Shown one piece after another: positions 41,300-56,202 of a stretch of DNA of 64,000 bases; positions within the stretch are counted from its first letter, which is position 1; each line of letters starts with the position of its first letter. A program made the translations under genes and the position numbers. The notes under the pieces were generated by a model. The model did no database searches and was not told where the DNA came from. It saw only the letters and a list, made by a program, of their open reading frames with translations. Source of the stretch: Eledone cirrhosa (taxonomy: Eukaryota); the NCBI GenBank assembly GCA_964016885.1, contig OZ024760.1:19654001-19718000 (forward strand), in the 5' to 3' direction.

Positions 41300-42085
41300 A
41301 CTATCATCATCATCATCACCATCATCACCACCACCATCACTATTTACAGCACAAACCACTGGTACCACCTTCATCATAGCCATAGCCATCATCATCATCA
41401 TCATCACCACCATCACCATCATCATCACAATCACCATCATCACAATCACCATCATCATCATCACCACCACCATCACCATCATCATCACAATCACCATCAT
41501 CATCATCACAATCACCATCATCACAATCACCATCATCACAATCACCATCATCATCATCACCACCACCATCACCATCATCATCACAATCACCATCATCATC
41601 ACAATCACCACCATCATCACAATCACCATCATCACAATCACCATCATCATCATCATCACCACCATCACCACCATCAAAATCACCATCATCATCACAATCA
41701 CCACCATCACCACCATCATCATCATCATCACCACCACCACCACCATCACCACCATCAAAATCACCATCATCATCACAATCACCACCATCACCACCATCAT
41801 CATCATCATCACAATCACCATCATCACCACCACCATCATCATCACCGTCATCATCACAATCACCATCATCACAATCATCACCATCACCATCACCATCACC
41901 ATCACCATCACCATCATCATCACCACCACCACCACCACCATCACAATCATCACAATCACCACCATCATCACCACCACCACCACCATCATCACAATCATCA
42001 CAATCACCATCACCATCATCACAATCACCACCACCACCGTCATCATCACAATCACCATCATCATCACAATCACCACCACCACCAT
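41300..42085. repeat. (CAT/CAC/CAA)n trinucleotide tract
   Basis: Direct. Confidence 0.95.
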
Positions 42086-42126
42086 ATGACACTTATTCTC
42101 TAGTCTTGCATGAGTTAGGTTGTCGT

Positions 42127-43245
42127 GTGCATTGGGTACTTTTTCATGGGACCAGTACTACCACCTTACAAGGTGCATTGGGTACTTTTTCATGGGACCA
42201 GTACTACCACCTTACAAGGTGCATTGGGTACTTTTTCATGGGATCAGTACTACCACCTTACAAGGTGCACTGGGTACTTTTTCATGGCACCAGTACTACC
42301 ACCTTACAAGGTGCACTGGGTACTTTTTCATGGCACCAGTACTACCACCTTACAAGGTGCACTGGGTACTTTTTCATGGCACCAGTACTACCACCTTACA
42401 AGGTGCACTGGGTACTTTTTCATGGCACCAGTACTACCACCTTACAAGGTGCACTGGGTACTTTTTCATGGCACCAGTACTACCACCTTACAAGGTGCAT
42501 TGGGTACTTTTTCATGGCACCAGTACTACCACCTTACAAGGTGCACTGGGTACTTTTTCATGGCACCAGTACTACCACCTTACAAGGTGCACTGGGTACT
42601 TTTTCATGGCACCAGTACTACCACCTTACAAGGTGCATTGGGTACTTTTTCATGGCACCAGTACTACCACCTTACAAGGTGCACTGGGTACTTTTTCATG
42701 GCACCAGTACTACCACCTTACAAGGTGAATTGGGTACTTTTTCATGGCACCAGTACTACCACCTTACAAAGTGAACTGAGTGGTTTTTTTCATGGCACCA
42801 GTACTACCACCTTACAAGGTGTACTGAGTGGTTTTTTTATGGCACCAGTACTACCACCTTACAAGGTGATTTGGGTACTTTTTCATGCACCAGTACTACC
42901 ACCTTACAAGGTGTACTGAGTGGTTTTTTCATGGCACCAGTACTACCACCTTACAAGGTGTACTGAGTGGTTTTTTCATGGCACCAGTACTACCACCTTA
43001 CAAGGTGTACTGAGTGGTTTTTTCATGGCACCAGTACTACCACCTTACAAGGTGTACTGAGTGGTTTTTTTCATGGCACCAGTACTACCACCTTACAAGG
43101 TGTACTGAGTGGGTTTTTCATGGCACCAGTACTACCACCTTACAAGGTGAACTGAGTGGTTTTTTTCGTGGCACCAGTACTACCACCTTACAAGGTGTAC
43201 TGAGTGGTTTTTTCATGGCACCAGTACTACCACCTTACAAGATGA
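42127..43245 (-). repeat. 46-bp minisatellite, ~24 copies, derived from an internal SINE segment
   Basis: Unit GTGCACTGGGTACTTTTTCATGGCACCAGTACTACCACCTTACAAG aligns with SINE segment GCTGGGTGCTTTTT..GTGGCACC...ACCACTTTACAG. Confidence 0.9.
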
Positions 43246-44559
43246 ATTGTGTGCTTTTTATCATGGAACTAGCACTACAATTTTATAGAGTGAACTGGGT
43301 ACATTTTATCATGGTACCAACACTAACTCATATATATATATAATAGTAATAATAAATACAAAGACCAAAATCCAAAGAGGGTTCAATAAGGATTGCATAT
43401 ATATATATATTTATATATTTATATATGTAGAAGTTATATTTAATTTGTTGGGATACAACAAGCAAATATTTTTATAACTGATATAAAGCACTCAACAAAT
43501 TTTTGGAGTAAAAATACAATATATTAACAAATGGAAACTATATTTATAAAACCATATTTATTTCATTATACATATATACACACAGACATAAATATGTACA
43601 CACATACATATATACACACACACATATATGCATACACACATACATATATACACACAGACGTAAATATGTACACACATACATACATACATACATATGTACA
43701 CACATACATACATACATACATACACACATACATATATACACACACACATATATACATACACACACATATACATACATACACATACAAATGCATACACACA
43801 AACACACATACACATATATACACTCACACAAACATACATACACCCACACACACCCATATACCCACACACACATCCACACACACATACATACACCCCACAC
43901 ACACACATATATATACAGAGAGAGGCAAAACTGGAATGTACCGGAAGTCTGTAGTAAAATGGTTTGTTTGAGAATTTAGAGGTGGCTTTGGAAAACATTT
44001 CTCTGTGAATAAGAATTAGATTAGTGTCGGATGTAAAGTTGAGTTAGAATGGACCTGGAGAAGGAAGTGGAAGTGTTGAATATACTGGAATGGATATCAG
44101 AGGACAATGGTAGCAGTAGTAGTGGTGAGAGGGGGAGAGAGTGGGGGAGTGGGATAGGGGGAATGTGTGGTGGGTAGGTGGGTAGAGGGGGGTGATAGAG
44201 GGGATGTGTGAGAGGGAGAGGGGGAATGTGAGAGGGAAAGAGGGGAAAGTAGTGACAGATAAGGGGGTGAGGGGGTGAGAGAGCGGTGTAGATGAGGGGG
44301 GAGAGGTGTGGAGTGAGAGAGAGAGGGGGAATGAGAGAGGAAGAGGGGGAGAGGCAGTGAGAGAGAGAGAGGGGAAGAGAAGTGGAGTGAGAGGGAGGGA
44401 AAGAGAAAGAGAGAACGCTCTGTATTGATAAGAGAGAAAAGAGAGAAAAGAGAGAAAAGAGAGGAAGGGAGTGAGAGAGTGACTGAGAGGGAGGAAAAAA
44501 GAAAAAGTGAGAACCATCTCTATTGATAGAAATTGCAGTCTGTAGGTTAAGCCCAGAGA

Positions 44560-44878
44560 TAAATTATAAATCTAGAAATGTAGTAAATAGCATAAGGTGT
44601 ACCAGGGTACAATGTAGAAGGATAACCACATTGTACATTGGACAAACAGGTTGTAATGGTAGGAGAAAGGATGAAGAAACACTGGCAGGAACTCAAAGAC
44701 ATGAAAATCTCATCAGGCTTCTACTAACATACCAAATTAGATCATAGCGGCTCACTAAAAGACATCAAAGTAAAAATTGCATCAACACACAGAACCGACA
44801 CAATGTTCAGACAGATTAAGGAAGCCACCCATTTAACAGAAAATAAACCTAACCTTAATAGGAAGCAAGAATAGAATT
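44560..44878 (+). pseudogene. Decayed GIY-YIG endonuclease domain of a Penelope-like retroelement
   Basis: SRNVVNSIRCTRVQC....LYIGQTG, then a frameshift, then GERMKKH...FY*H...FRQIKEATHLTENKPNLNRKQE*. This gives the YIG motif, catalytic R and E, conserved N and CCHH-like residues. Confidence 0.75.
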
Positions 44879-45152
44879 GCAACAACCCCCACAACCTTGT
44901 GACAATTGTTGAAAATATTATGACACATGAGAAGAAATACAAACAAACATAAGCTCACCCTCGATGTAATGCAGGAATAGAATAGTAATGATAGAGAGAG
45001 AGAGATTTAATTATGGTGTTGATGATGGTGGTGATGTTGATGATGATGGTGATTGAGTATCTATCTATCATCAGGATTTTCTTTTGAAAAGAATTAATGA
45101 CACGGTTTCTTTTTTAAGAAATAGTAAAGTAAATACTTAAAGATAAAGTGTA

Positions 45153-45222
<70 letters not shown>

Positions 45223-45230
45223 TATGTATG

Positions 45231-45380
<150 letters not shown>

Positions 45381-45495
45381 TATGTGTATATATGTATGTA
45401 TATATGTATGCATATATATGTTTATATATATGTGTGTGTGTGACAGACAGACAAACAGAGAGAGACAGAGAAAAACAAAACAGATATAGAGAGGA

Positions 45496-45528
<33 letters not shown>

Positions 45529-45975
45529 GGTGAGAGAGAGACCGAGAGAGATTAATAAAGCTTAAAAATAATTAACCTATTTTTCCACTGGAATCAAGAA
45601 TGGTAATTTGCAGTAAGAGATTATTTAAAGAACAAAAGATTATTCTTTAGTAAAATGTCAAAATAGAAATAAAAACTACTTAGTCTTACTTTATACCACA
45701 GAATATATTTGTAGCTGACTATGAGAAGAACAACAACAAGAAACAGAGACCCAAATAACTACTAATGGCCTGAAGAAGTTAAATTAGTTGGAAAAATAAA
45801 GAAAATATCACCTGGATTAATGTAGCATAATGCAATTAGCATAAAAGCTGAGGTATAATCTTGTTTAGAAAAGATACACTACATGTTGTAAGAGGTGTTT
45901 AAAAGGTTGGTGTCAGGTAAGACATACATTGGTAAAACTATGTATATATGGTTTAGAATAGGGATACTGTATCGC

Positions 45976-46898
45976 TGTAGGTGTCACAACAAAAAGCACC
46001 CAGTCCACAGAGTAAAGGGGTCATGTAGGTGTCACAACAAAAAGCACCCAGTCCACAGAGTAAAGTGATCATGTAGGTGTCACGACAAAAAGAACCTAGT
46101 CCACACAGTAAAGTGGTCATTTAGGTGTCACAACAAAAAACGCCCAGTCCACACTGTAAAGTGGTCATAAAGGTGTCACAACAAAAAAACACCCAGTCTA
46201 CACTGTAAAGTGGTCATAAAGGTGTCACAACAAAAAACACCCAGTCCACACTGTAAAGTGGTCATAAAGGTGTCACAACAAAAAACACCCAGTCTACACT
46301 GTAAAGTGGTCATGGAGGTGTCACAACAAAAAACACCCAGTCCACACTGTAAAGTGGTCATAAAGGTGTCACAACAAAAAACACCCAGTCTACACTGTAA
46401 AGTGGTCATGGAGGTGTCACAACAAAAAGCACCTAGTCCACACAGTAAAGTGGTCATAGAGGTGTCACGACAAAAAACACCCAGTCTACACTGTAAAGTG
46501 GCCATGGAGGTGTCACAACAAAAAGCACCCAGTCCACACTGTAAAGTGGTCATGTAGGTGTCACAACAAAAGCACCTAGTCCACACAGTAAAGTGGTCAT
46601 TTAGGTGTCACAACAAAAAACACCCAGTCCACACTGTAAAGTGGTCATAAAGGTGTCATGACAAAAAACACCCAGTCTACACTGTAAAGTGGTCATGGAG
46701 GTGTCACAACAAAAAAGCACCCAATACTCACTGTAAATGAGGTTGGTGTTAGGAAGAGCATCCAGCTGTAGAAACCGAGCCAAAATCAGTCCTGTATGAG
46801 CAAGATACAGTCACCTGACCTGGCATTGCCTACAACAGGACAACCCGTCTAACCCATGCTAGCATGAGACATCGATGTAAAACGGTAATGATGATAAT
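45976..46898 (+). mobile_element. SINE 3' half with its 47-48 bp internal unit amplified ~16 times
   Basis: Unit AGGTGTCACAACAAAAAACACCCAGTCCACACTGTAAAGTGGTCAT.. runs directly into GTAAATGAGGTTGGTGTTAGGAAGAGCATCC and the tail. Confidence 0.85.
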
Positions 46899-47341
46899 GT
46901 ATCACTGTATGTTGTAAGAGGTTTATAAAAGGTTTGGTACCAAGAAGTCCAGCTAGTTTTATAATAATGTGTTTAGAATAAATATACTATATCCTTGCAT
47001 GTTGTAAAAGGTATATAAATGGTGGCTGCTAGGAAGGACACCCATCTGTAAAACTGTGTGTATCTGGTTTAGAATAGGGACTCTATATCCCTGAAAGTTG
47101 TAAGAGGTCTTTAAAAGCGTTAGTGCCAGGAAGAATCATCCATCTTTAAAACTGTATCGAGTTTAGAATAGATACACTGAATAACTGCATGTTGTAAGAG
47201 GTGTATAAAGTGATTGGTGTTAGGCAGGATGTCTAGTTGTAAAACATTGATTTGAAATCACTATAAAGGGGACCCCTGTAAAGCTAACCCCTGCTTTAGG
47301 AGGGAAAATAACCTTAAACGGCTTGCTGTATATAAAGAAAC

Positions 47342-47386
<45 letters not shown>

Positions 47387-47488
47387 GTATGTATGGATAT
47401 ATATATATATATATATACACATATGAGCTTAATCAATAAAAACCTGAATTTGAAACCTCATTTTGTTCTTCCTAATATACATATATAT

Positions 47489-47829
47489 GGAGGCACATGG
47501 CTTAGTGGTTAGAGCATTGGCCTTGCAATCGAAAGGTTGTGAGTTCAATTCTCGGACTGGGTGATGTGTTGTTTCCTTGAGCAAGACACTTTATTTCACA
47601 TTGCTCCAGTTTACTCAGCTGTAGAAATGAGATGATAGGGACTGGGGTCCCTATCATTCCACTGCAAAGTGGTCATGGAGGTGCCACGGCAAAAAAGCAC
47701 CCAGCACTCACTGTAAATGAGGTTGGTGTTAGGAAGGGCATCCAGCTGTAGAAATCAAGCCAGAATCAGTTCCCGTCCCACCCTTGCAAGCAGGGATAAG
47801 CGGACGTAAAGTGTTGATGATGATGATGA
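47489..47829 (+). mobile_element. Full-length CORE-type SINE family A
   Basis: Same structure as 23884-24225. Confidence 0.9.
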
Positions 47830-47909
47830 GTGTATGTGTAGGTAACATATAGATATACAGTTAACTATATATATAGTTAACTGTATGTCTATACTTACCT
47901 ACACACACA

Positions 47910-47961
<52 letters not shown>

Positions 47962-48319
47962 TGTGTGTGTGTAGGTAACATATATAGACAGTTAACTTTA
48001 TATATGTGTAGAGAGAGAAAGAGAGATGGGAGGGAGCTGGGGATACTTGCCATAGAGTCACTCAATCAATGACAACATTATACTTTTAGCTATTCTAAAT
48101 ATAAAAACAATATAGATAATTTAGAGAAAAGAAGTGAAAATTAAAAAAAATATTCAAAGATCAAAACCTGATTTCACGTCACCAAACGTTTGAGATTTAC
48201 TTTAAGATAATTTCAAGATTAAAAAAGAAATGTCTATGTGTATTTTACTGCATTGCGAGAAAATCATTTTTTTAACTTTTCATGTAGTTAGGAAGGAATA
48301 TAATATATAGTAAAGGTGT

Positions 48320-48722
48320 GGAGGTGTATGGCCTAGTGGTAAAGGTGTTGGACTTATGGTTTTAACTGTTTCTACTTTTGGCACAAGGCCTGAAATTATC
48401 CAAGCGTATTACTGGTACTTTATTTTATCAACCCCCGTAAGGATGAAAGGCAAAGTTAAGGATTTGAACTCAGAACGTAAAGGGCCACAACTATGCTGCA
48501 AAGCGTAATGTCTAACCCTCTACCGGTACTGCCAAACCACGGCCCTTAAATAAATGCTTACAGCACCTAGGGTTTCCTTACGGTTATAATGTCAGGGGTT
48601 TGGTTCCTGGACTGGGTTGTGTCGTGTTATTGAGCTAAACACTTCATTTCATGTTGCTCCAGTATACTCAGTTGAAAATGAGTACCAGTAATTGCTGGGG
48701 GGGTCTAACCCTGCGATGGACT
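48320..48722 (+). mobile_element. CORE-type SINE interrupted by an antisense family B SINE (~48365-48545)
   Basis: Head split between A-box and B-box; CTTATGGTT/CTTACGGTT flank the insertion. Confidence 0.7.
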
Positions 48723-48734
48723 GATATATCTACC

Positions 48735-49312
48735 ACATCGACTGTACCATGTGATATGATAACTGTATATCTACTACCTGTACTGTAGCATGTGATATAA
48801 CTATATATCTTCCTCCATGTGATATGATGACTCTATATCTACTACCTGTACTGTAGCATGTGATATAACCATATATCTTCCTCCATGTGATAAGATAACT
48901 GTATATCTACTACATCTACTGTACCATGTGATATGATAACTGTATATCTACTACCTGTACTGTAGCATGTGATATAACTATATATCTTCCTCCATGTGAT
49001 ATGATAACTGTATATCTACTACATCTACTGTACCATGTGATATGATGACTGTATATCTACTACCTGTACTGTAGCATGTGATATAACTATATATCTTCCT
49101 CCATGTGATATGGTAACTGTATATCTACTACATCTACTGTACCATGTGATATGATAACTGTATATCTACTACCTGTACTGTAGCATGTGATATGATAACT
49201 GTATATCTACTACCACAACTGTACCACATGATATGATAACCCTATATCTACTACTATACCATGTGATATGATAACCCTATATCTACTACTATACCATGTG
49301 ATATGATGACTG
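48735..49312. repeat. Compound 35-40 bp minisatellite (CATGTGATATGATAACTGTATATCTACTAC...)
   Basis: Direct, with alternating variants. Confidence 0.88.
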
Positions 49313-50659
49313 TCTCAGAAGTATATTATATTATATTCCCATTACTTCTATGATATCTGTACATGATATCACATTACTATAAGATTTAGTGCAATAACAT
49401 AATAGTGTAATAACATATATACATTCCTATATTGTAGTTTATGACATGGTCATATTATATTAGAGATAAAAATGATGCTTATAAAACTATTTCAATTTTA
49501 TTTATGAGCTGAGTGTGTATGTCTACATATAGATGTGTGTGTATGTGTGTGTATGTCTACATATAGATGTATGCGTATGTGTGTGTATGTCTACATATAG
49601 ATGTGTGTGTATGTGTGTGTGTATGTCTACATATAGATGTGTGTGTATGTCTACATATAGATGTGTGTGTATGTGTGTGCATGTGTACATATAGATCTGT
49701 GTGTGCATGTGTGGATATGTATGAAGGTATGTGTGTGAATTCATATACAAATGTATGAATGTGTGTACGTATGTATATATCTGTATACATGTGTGTATGT
49801 ATGTATATAACTGTATGTATGTATGTATGTATGTAGGTATGTATATAACTGTATGTATGTATGTATGTATGTATGTATGTATATAACTGTATGTATGTAG
49901 GTATGTATATAACTGTATGTATGTATGTATGTATGTATGTATGTATGTATGTAGGTATGTATATAACTGTATGTATGTATGTATGTATGTATGTATGTAT
50001 GTATGTATGTATGTATGTATGTAGGTATGTATATAACTGTATGTATGTATGTATGTATGTATGTATGTATGTATGTATGTAGGTAGGTATGTATATAACT
50101 GTATGTATGTATGTAGGTACAGAAACACCATAATATCTCACTGAAACTATTGAAAATAAAATTTAAACGATTATTTAGTATAAAGAACATTGAATTGAAA
50201 CAAAAGATGTGTGAGAGAGAGGTTAACGGAGAGAGAGAGAGAGAGAGAGAGTGTATGTGTGAGAAGGAGAGAGATGGAGTGTGAGAGAGATTGAAAGAGA
50301 GAGAGATTGAGAGAGAGAGAGATTGAGAGAGTGTGTATGTGTGAGAAGGAGAGAGATGGAGTGTGAGAGAGATTGAAAGAGAGAGAGATTGAGAGAGAGA
50401 GAGATTGAGAGAGAGAGAGATTGAGAGAGAGATTGAGAGAGAGAGAGAGAGAGAGAGAGATTGAGAGAGAGTGTATGTGTGAGAAGGAGAGAGATGGAGT
50501 GTGAGAGAGATTGAAAGAGAGAGAGATTGAGAGAGAGAGAGAGAGAGATTGAGAGAGAGAGAGACTGTGTTTGTGCTGAGGGAAATTTTGAAAAGTAAAA
50601 AGGTAGTTTGAAGAGTGAAAATTGTGGTCTATGTTTTTTGTCAATCATCTGTTGTAAAT

Positions 50660-50660
50660 G

Positions 50661-50709
<49 letters not shown>

Positions 50710-50797
50710 CAGCAGTAGTAGTAGTAGTAGTAGCAATAGTAATAGTGGTAGTAGTAGTAGTGGTGGTGGTGGTAGTAGTAGTAGTAATGGAGGTAGT

Positions 50798-50832
<35 letters not shown>

Positions 50833-50912
50833 TAGCAGTAGTAGCAGTAGTAGCAGTAGTAGTAGTAGCAGCAGTAGTAGTAGTAGTAGCAGTAGTAGTA
50901 GTAGTAGTAGTG
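50660..50912. repeat. (AGT/AGC)n tract
   Basis: Direct. Confidence 0.9.
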
Positions 50913-51019
50913 CCAGTAATCTGTAATTATGGTTATAGGAATTATTCTAAATGCTAAAACTAAGTCAGTTCCAAGAAACTAATATAACAATGACACACTA
51001 TATACCCATATATATGTAT

Positions 51020-51068
<49 letters not shown>

Positions 51069-51102
51069 TATATGTATACATGCATGCACAATTATTTATA
51101 TA

Positions 51103-51134
<32 letters not shown>

Positions 51135-51251
51135 CAAATATATATATATACGTGTGTATCATCATCATCATCATTTTACGTCTGCTTTTCCCATGCATAC
51201 ACACACACACATATATATATATGTATATAAGTATATGTATATATGTATATA

Positions 51252-51297
<46 letters not shown>

Positions 51298-51298
51298 C

Positions 51299-51376
<78 letters not shown>

Positions 51377-51599
51377 GTATATATGTATGTATATATATAT
51401 GTATGTATGTATATATACATATATACATACATACATATATAACATATAACATATAACATATATATATATATACATACATATATATACACATACATATATA
51501 TATACATACATATATATACACATACATATATACACACATACATATATATATATATATATACATACATATATACATATATATATACATACATATATACAC

Positions 51600-51630
<31 letters not shown>

Positions 51631-52029
51631 CATATATACAGTTATGACTAGAACCAATAAACCAACATTTACCAACATATTCCATCTGATAATTTTTTTT
51701 CGTTTGTTAAAAATGTCATTAATGTTGGAGGAAGATAGAATGGTAGCAGACTTAGAGTCTGGTAATGATTAGGTTCCTATAATGGTAAGATGGTGAGGAA
51801 GACTTAGGAGAGAGGGGGAGGGGGCTGAGAGGGTGAGGGTGAGAGAGAGAAGGGAGTCAGAGAGGGGGGAGAGAGAGAAGGGTTAGAGAAAGGGTTAGAG
51901 AGAGAGAAAGAGAGAAGAAGCAACTTTGGTTATCAGAACTCTGCAATAAAGTAGAAGGTATCTAATGTGGGAGTCTACTATTTTGTTGGAACCACCTGTC
52001 AATCAACTAGTTAACTGTAAAAGGGAGAT

Positions 52030-53418
52030 GAGAGTGGGGGAGGGAGGGAGGGAGGGAGGGGTACAAAGAGAGAAGGGAGAGAGTGAGATGGTAGAGAGAG
52101 AGAGAGAGATGGGAAAGAGAGGAGAGAAAGGGAAGAGAGAGAGAGGAAGAGACAGAGAGAGAGGGGAAGAGAGGAGAGAGGGTGAGCTAGAGAGAGGAGA
52201 GAGGGCGAGAAAGAGAGGGGAAGAGAGAGAGAGATAGGATAGAGGGTGAGAGAGGGGAAGCGAGAGAAATAGGATAGAGGGTGAGAGAGAGAGGGGAAGA
52301 GAGAGAGATAGGATAGAGGGTGAGGGAGGGGAAGCGAGAGAAATAGGATAGAGGATGAGAGAGAGGGGAAGAGAGAGAGATAGGATAGAGGGTGAGGGAG
52401 AGAGGGGAAGAGAGAGAGAGAGGAGAGAGGGTGAGAGAGAGGGGCGAAGAGAGAGATAGGATAGAGGGTGAGAGAGAGAGGGGAAGAGAGAGAGATAGGA
52501 TAGAGGGTGAGGGAGGGGAAGCGAGAGAAATAGGATAGAGGATGAGAGAGAGGGGAAGAGAGAGAGATAGGATAGAGGGTGAGGGAGAGAGGGGAAGAGA
52601 GAGAGGAGAGAGGGTGAGAGAGAGGGGCGAAGAGAGAGATAGGATAGAGGGTGAGAGAGAGAGGGGAAGAAAGAGAGAGATAGAGAGAGGAGAGAGGGTG
52701 AGAAAGAGAGGGGAAGAGAGAGAGATAGGATAGAGGGTGAGAGAGAGGAAGCGAGAGAAATAGGATAGAGGGTGAGAGAGAGAGGGGAAGAGAGAAAGAT
52801 AGGATAGAGGGTGAGAGAGAGAGATAGGATAGAGGGTGACAGAGAGGGGGGAAGAGAGAGAGAGAGATAGAGAGAGGAGAGAGGGTGAGAAAGCGAGGGG
52901 AAGAGAGAGAGATAAGATAGAGGGTGAGAGAGAGAGGGGAAGAGAGAGAGAGATAGAGAGAGATAGAAAGAGAGGAGAGATGGTGATAAAGAGAGGGGAA
53001 GAGAGAGAGAGATAGAGAGAGGAGAGAGGGTGAGAAAGAGAGGGGAAGAGAGAGAGATAGGATAGAGGGTGAGAGAGAGAGGGGAAGAGAGAGAGATAGG
53101 ATAGAGGGTGAGAGAGAGAGGGGGATAGAGGGTGAGAGAGAGGGGGAAGAGAGAGAGAGATAGAGAGAGGAGAGAGGGTGAGAAAGAGAGGGGAAGAGAG
53201 AGAGAGATAGAGGGTGAGAGAGAGAGGGTGAGAAAGAGAGGGGAAGAGAGAGAGATAGGATAGAGGGTGAGAGAGAGAGGGGGAGAGAGAGATAGAGAGA
53301 GGAGAGAGGGTGAGAAAGCGAGGGGAAGAGAGAGAGATAGGATAGAGGGTGAGGGAGAGAGGGGAAGAGAGAGAGATAGGATAGAGGGTGAGGGAGAGAG
53401 GGGAAGAGAGAGAGAGGC
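52030..53418. repeat. Polypurine GA-rich minisatellite (GATAGGATAGAGGGTGAGAGAGAGGGGAAGAGA)
   Basis: Direct; similar tracts at 28660-28945, 50225-50563 and 55455-55835. Confidence 0.9.
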
Positions 53419-54624
53419 AGAGGTCTATATTATTATTATTATTCTTGTTGTTGTTGTTGTGGAGTTCTTTCTGTAACAAGAAGACAAGAGCAACCAATGA
53501 GAAAGAAATATTATGGAACATAACAAGTCTTTAATATCCAAAAGACATGTTTTTATTGTCTGCCATTGTCGGGGGGAGAATGGCGCCGCAGATGTTGGAA
53601 CTTCTGCAGATTCTTTCAACTGCACACAACTGCATTACAGACAAGAAAAGGTGCATCTGCAGGTGATGGTGGTGCTGCTATTTATAAAGTTAAACCCTCC
53701 ACACACCTCTTTCTCTTCATATACCTATAATAATAATAATAATTGTTTCTACTTTTGGCACAAGGCCAGCAATTACCCAGTGCATTACTAATAGAGTACC
53801 AGTAATGTACTGGGTAATTGCTGGCCTTGTACCAAAAGTAGAAACAATTATTTCTTTATTCACCACTAGGGTGAACATTAACAACATTAACAACAACATT
53901 AGCAACAACATTAGCACGAAAATATAGAGTGTGTGTATGTGTGTGTATGTGTGTAAGTGTTGGTGTGTGGGTTTTGTGTGTAAACAGATTATACCATAAC
54001 ATCAGTATGAGTGGCTAGTTACAGCCGGTTTGAACAGAAAGAGGTGAGTGAATTCTGGCTGGATAAGCCTGGTTTAAATGCTAAAGGGTTAAAAAAATTA
54101 CCAGCTATTTCTAAAACAGAAATATCATGATTGTGATTAAGCTATAAATATATAAATATATCATCATCATAAATAAATATATATATGTATAAATATATAT
54201 ATATAAATATATATATATATAAATATTAAAATATATATATATATAAATATTATAAATATATATATATATAAATATTATAAATATATATATATATAAATAT
54301 ATATTGTTGTTGTTTATTCCTTTATTTCTTTTACAAAAATGTCATCTAATTTCTCTCTTTTTCTTATCAATATTCTGCAATTGCTGCGAAATAAATATTT
54401 TCCTCATTGGAATGGTTTAATAATCTTCCAAAAATACAACTTAAAAGAATAAATAAAACACTTCGATACATTTTTATTTTTATATTCCAATTGGATATTG
54501 TTGTTGTTGTTGTTGTTGTTACATTAAGGAGACTCCATTCATTTCTCTAATAATATATAAAAGATAACAAGTTATAGAATTTAATAAACCTGTAACGAGA
54601 AGACAATAAAAATAATAATAATTT

Positions 54625-55260
54625 TTTTCTACTTTAGGCGCAAGGCCAGCAATTTGAACGGGAGAGGAAAATTGATTAAATTAGAACCCAGTACATTACT
54701 GGTACTTTATTTTATTGACCCTGTAAGGATGAAAGGCAAAGTTAACCTCGGCGAGATTTGAACTCAGATTGTAACAGGCCGTAATAATATTGGTTTGTAA
54801 TTTTGGGCCAAGGTCAGCAATTTGGAGAGAGTGGAAAATCGACTTATTTAACCCCAGTGTAGTACTGGTACTTTATTTTATCGACCCCGTAAGGATGAAA
54901 GGCAAAGTTAACCTCGGCGGGATTCAAACTCAGAATGTAACAGGCCGTAATAATAATGGTTTCTGATTTACGCACAAGGCCAGCAATCTGGGGTGGGGAG
55001 GGAAATCGACTAAATCGACCTCAGTGTACTACTGGTACTTTATTTCATCAACCTCGTAAGGATGAAAGGCAAAGTTAACTTCAGCTGGATTAATATTGGT
55101 TTTTAATTTAGGGCCAAGGCCAGCAATTCAGGAAGAAAGAGAGTCAATGAAATTGTTCCACGATATATAACTGGTACTTCATGTTATTAACACCAGATGG
55201 ATGATAAGTAGAGTTGAGCTCAGCAGGATTTGAAATTAGGATCTAAATACTCAGATCAAA
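54625..55260 (-). mobile_element. Four head-to-tail SINE family B fragments
   Basis: Repeated CAAGGCCAGCAATT...CTGGTACTTTATT...AAGGATGAAAGGCAAAGTTAAC blocks. Confidence 0.8.
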
Positions 55261-56167
55261 TACTGAAATATATTTCGTACAACACAAAAAGAAAGAAAAA
55301 TTTGACACAAAAGAATTATTGGAGAATGAAAGATATATGTCAAATAACCACAAACTATTGTCTTCAGTGTTCTAGCGATTCTGAAGATAGTTAATTATTT
55401 GTTAATTAGGAATATATTGACAAGGAATATTGTCTATGGAGGATCAGAAGGAAGCATGAGAGGGAGGGAGAGAGAGAGAGAGAGAGATGGGGGCAGAGAG
55501 AGAGAGAAACAGAGAGATGGGGGCAGAGAGAGATAGGGGGACAAAGAGGGAGAGAGTAACAGAGAGGGAGAGAGATGGGGGCAGAGAGAGATAGGGGGAC
55601 AAAGAGGGAGAGAGTAACAGAGAGGGAGAGAGATGGGGGCAGAGAGAGAGAGTGATGGGGGCAGAGAGGGAGAGATGGGGGCAGAGAGAGAGAGAGATGG
55701 GGGCAGAGAGGGAGAGATGGGGGCAGAGAGAGAGAGAGAAACAGAGAGATGGGGGCAGAGAGAGATAGGGGGAGAAAGAGGGAGAGAGTAACAGAGAGAG
55801 AGAGAGAGAGATGAGGGCAGAGAGAGAAAGAGAAAAGTATATAATTTTAGCCTAAGAGGAATATATGAGTAAGCTAATCTCCTTGGTTACTGGAACTGAA
55901 AATATCTGCTGTAAAATAAACACAATATTTCTCTGTTGACAGTTATTGAAAGAGAGCGAGATGGTGGTGTGGGAGAGGGAGAGGGTGTGGGAGAGGGGGG
56001 TGAGAGGGGGCGTGTGGGAGAGGGGGGTGAGAGGGGGGTGAGAGAGAGATAGTGAATCAGGATATGGACTGTTCGGAACCATGAGTATTTTCTTTCTAAT
56101 AATATATATAGCTTAGATGCAGCACACACGCTTATACATACATAGTACATACATAGTACATACTGCG

Positions 56168-56198
<31 letters not shown>

Positions 56199-56202
56199 AT
56201 AT

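Noticed and set aside
42106-43343. Three overlapping repeat ORFs
   Set aside because: The 46-bp unit is not a multiple of 3 and is SINE-derived.
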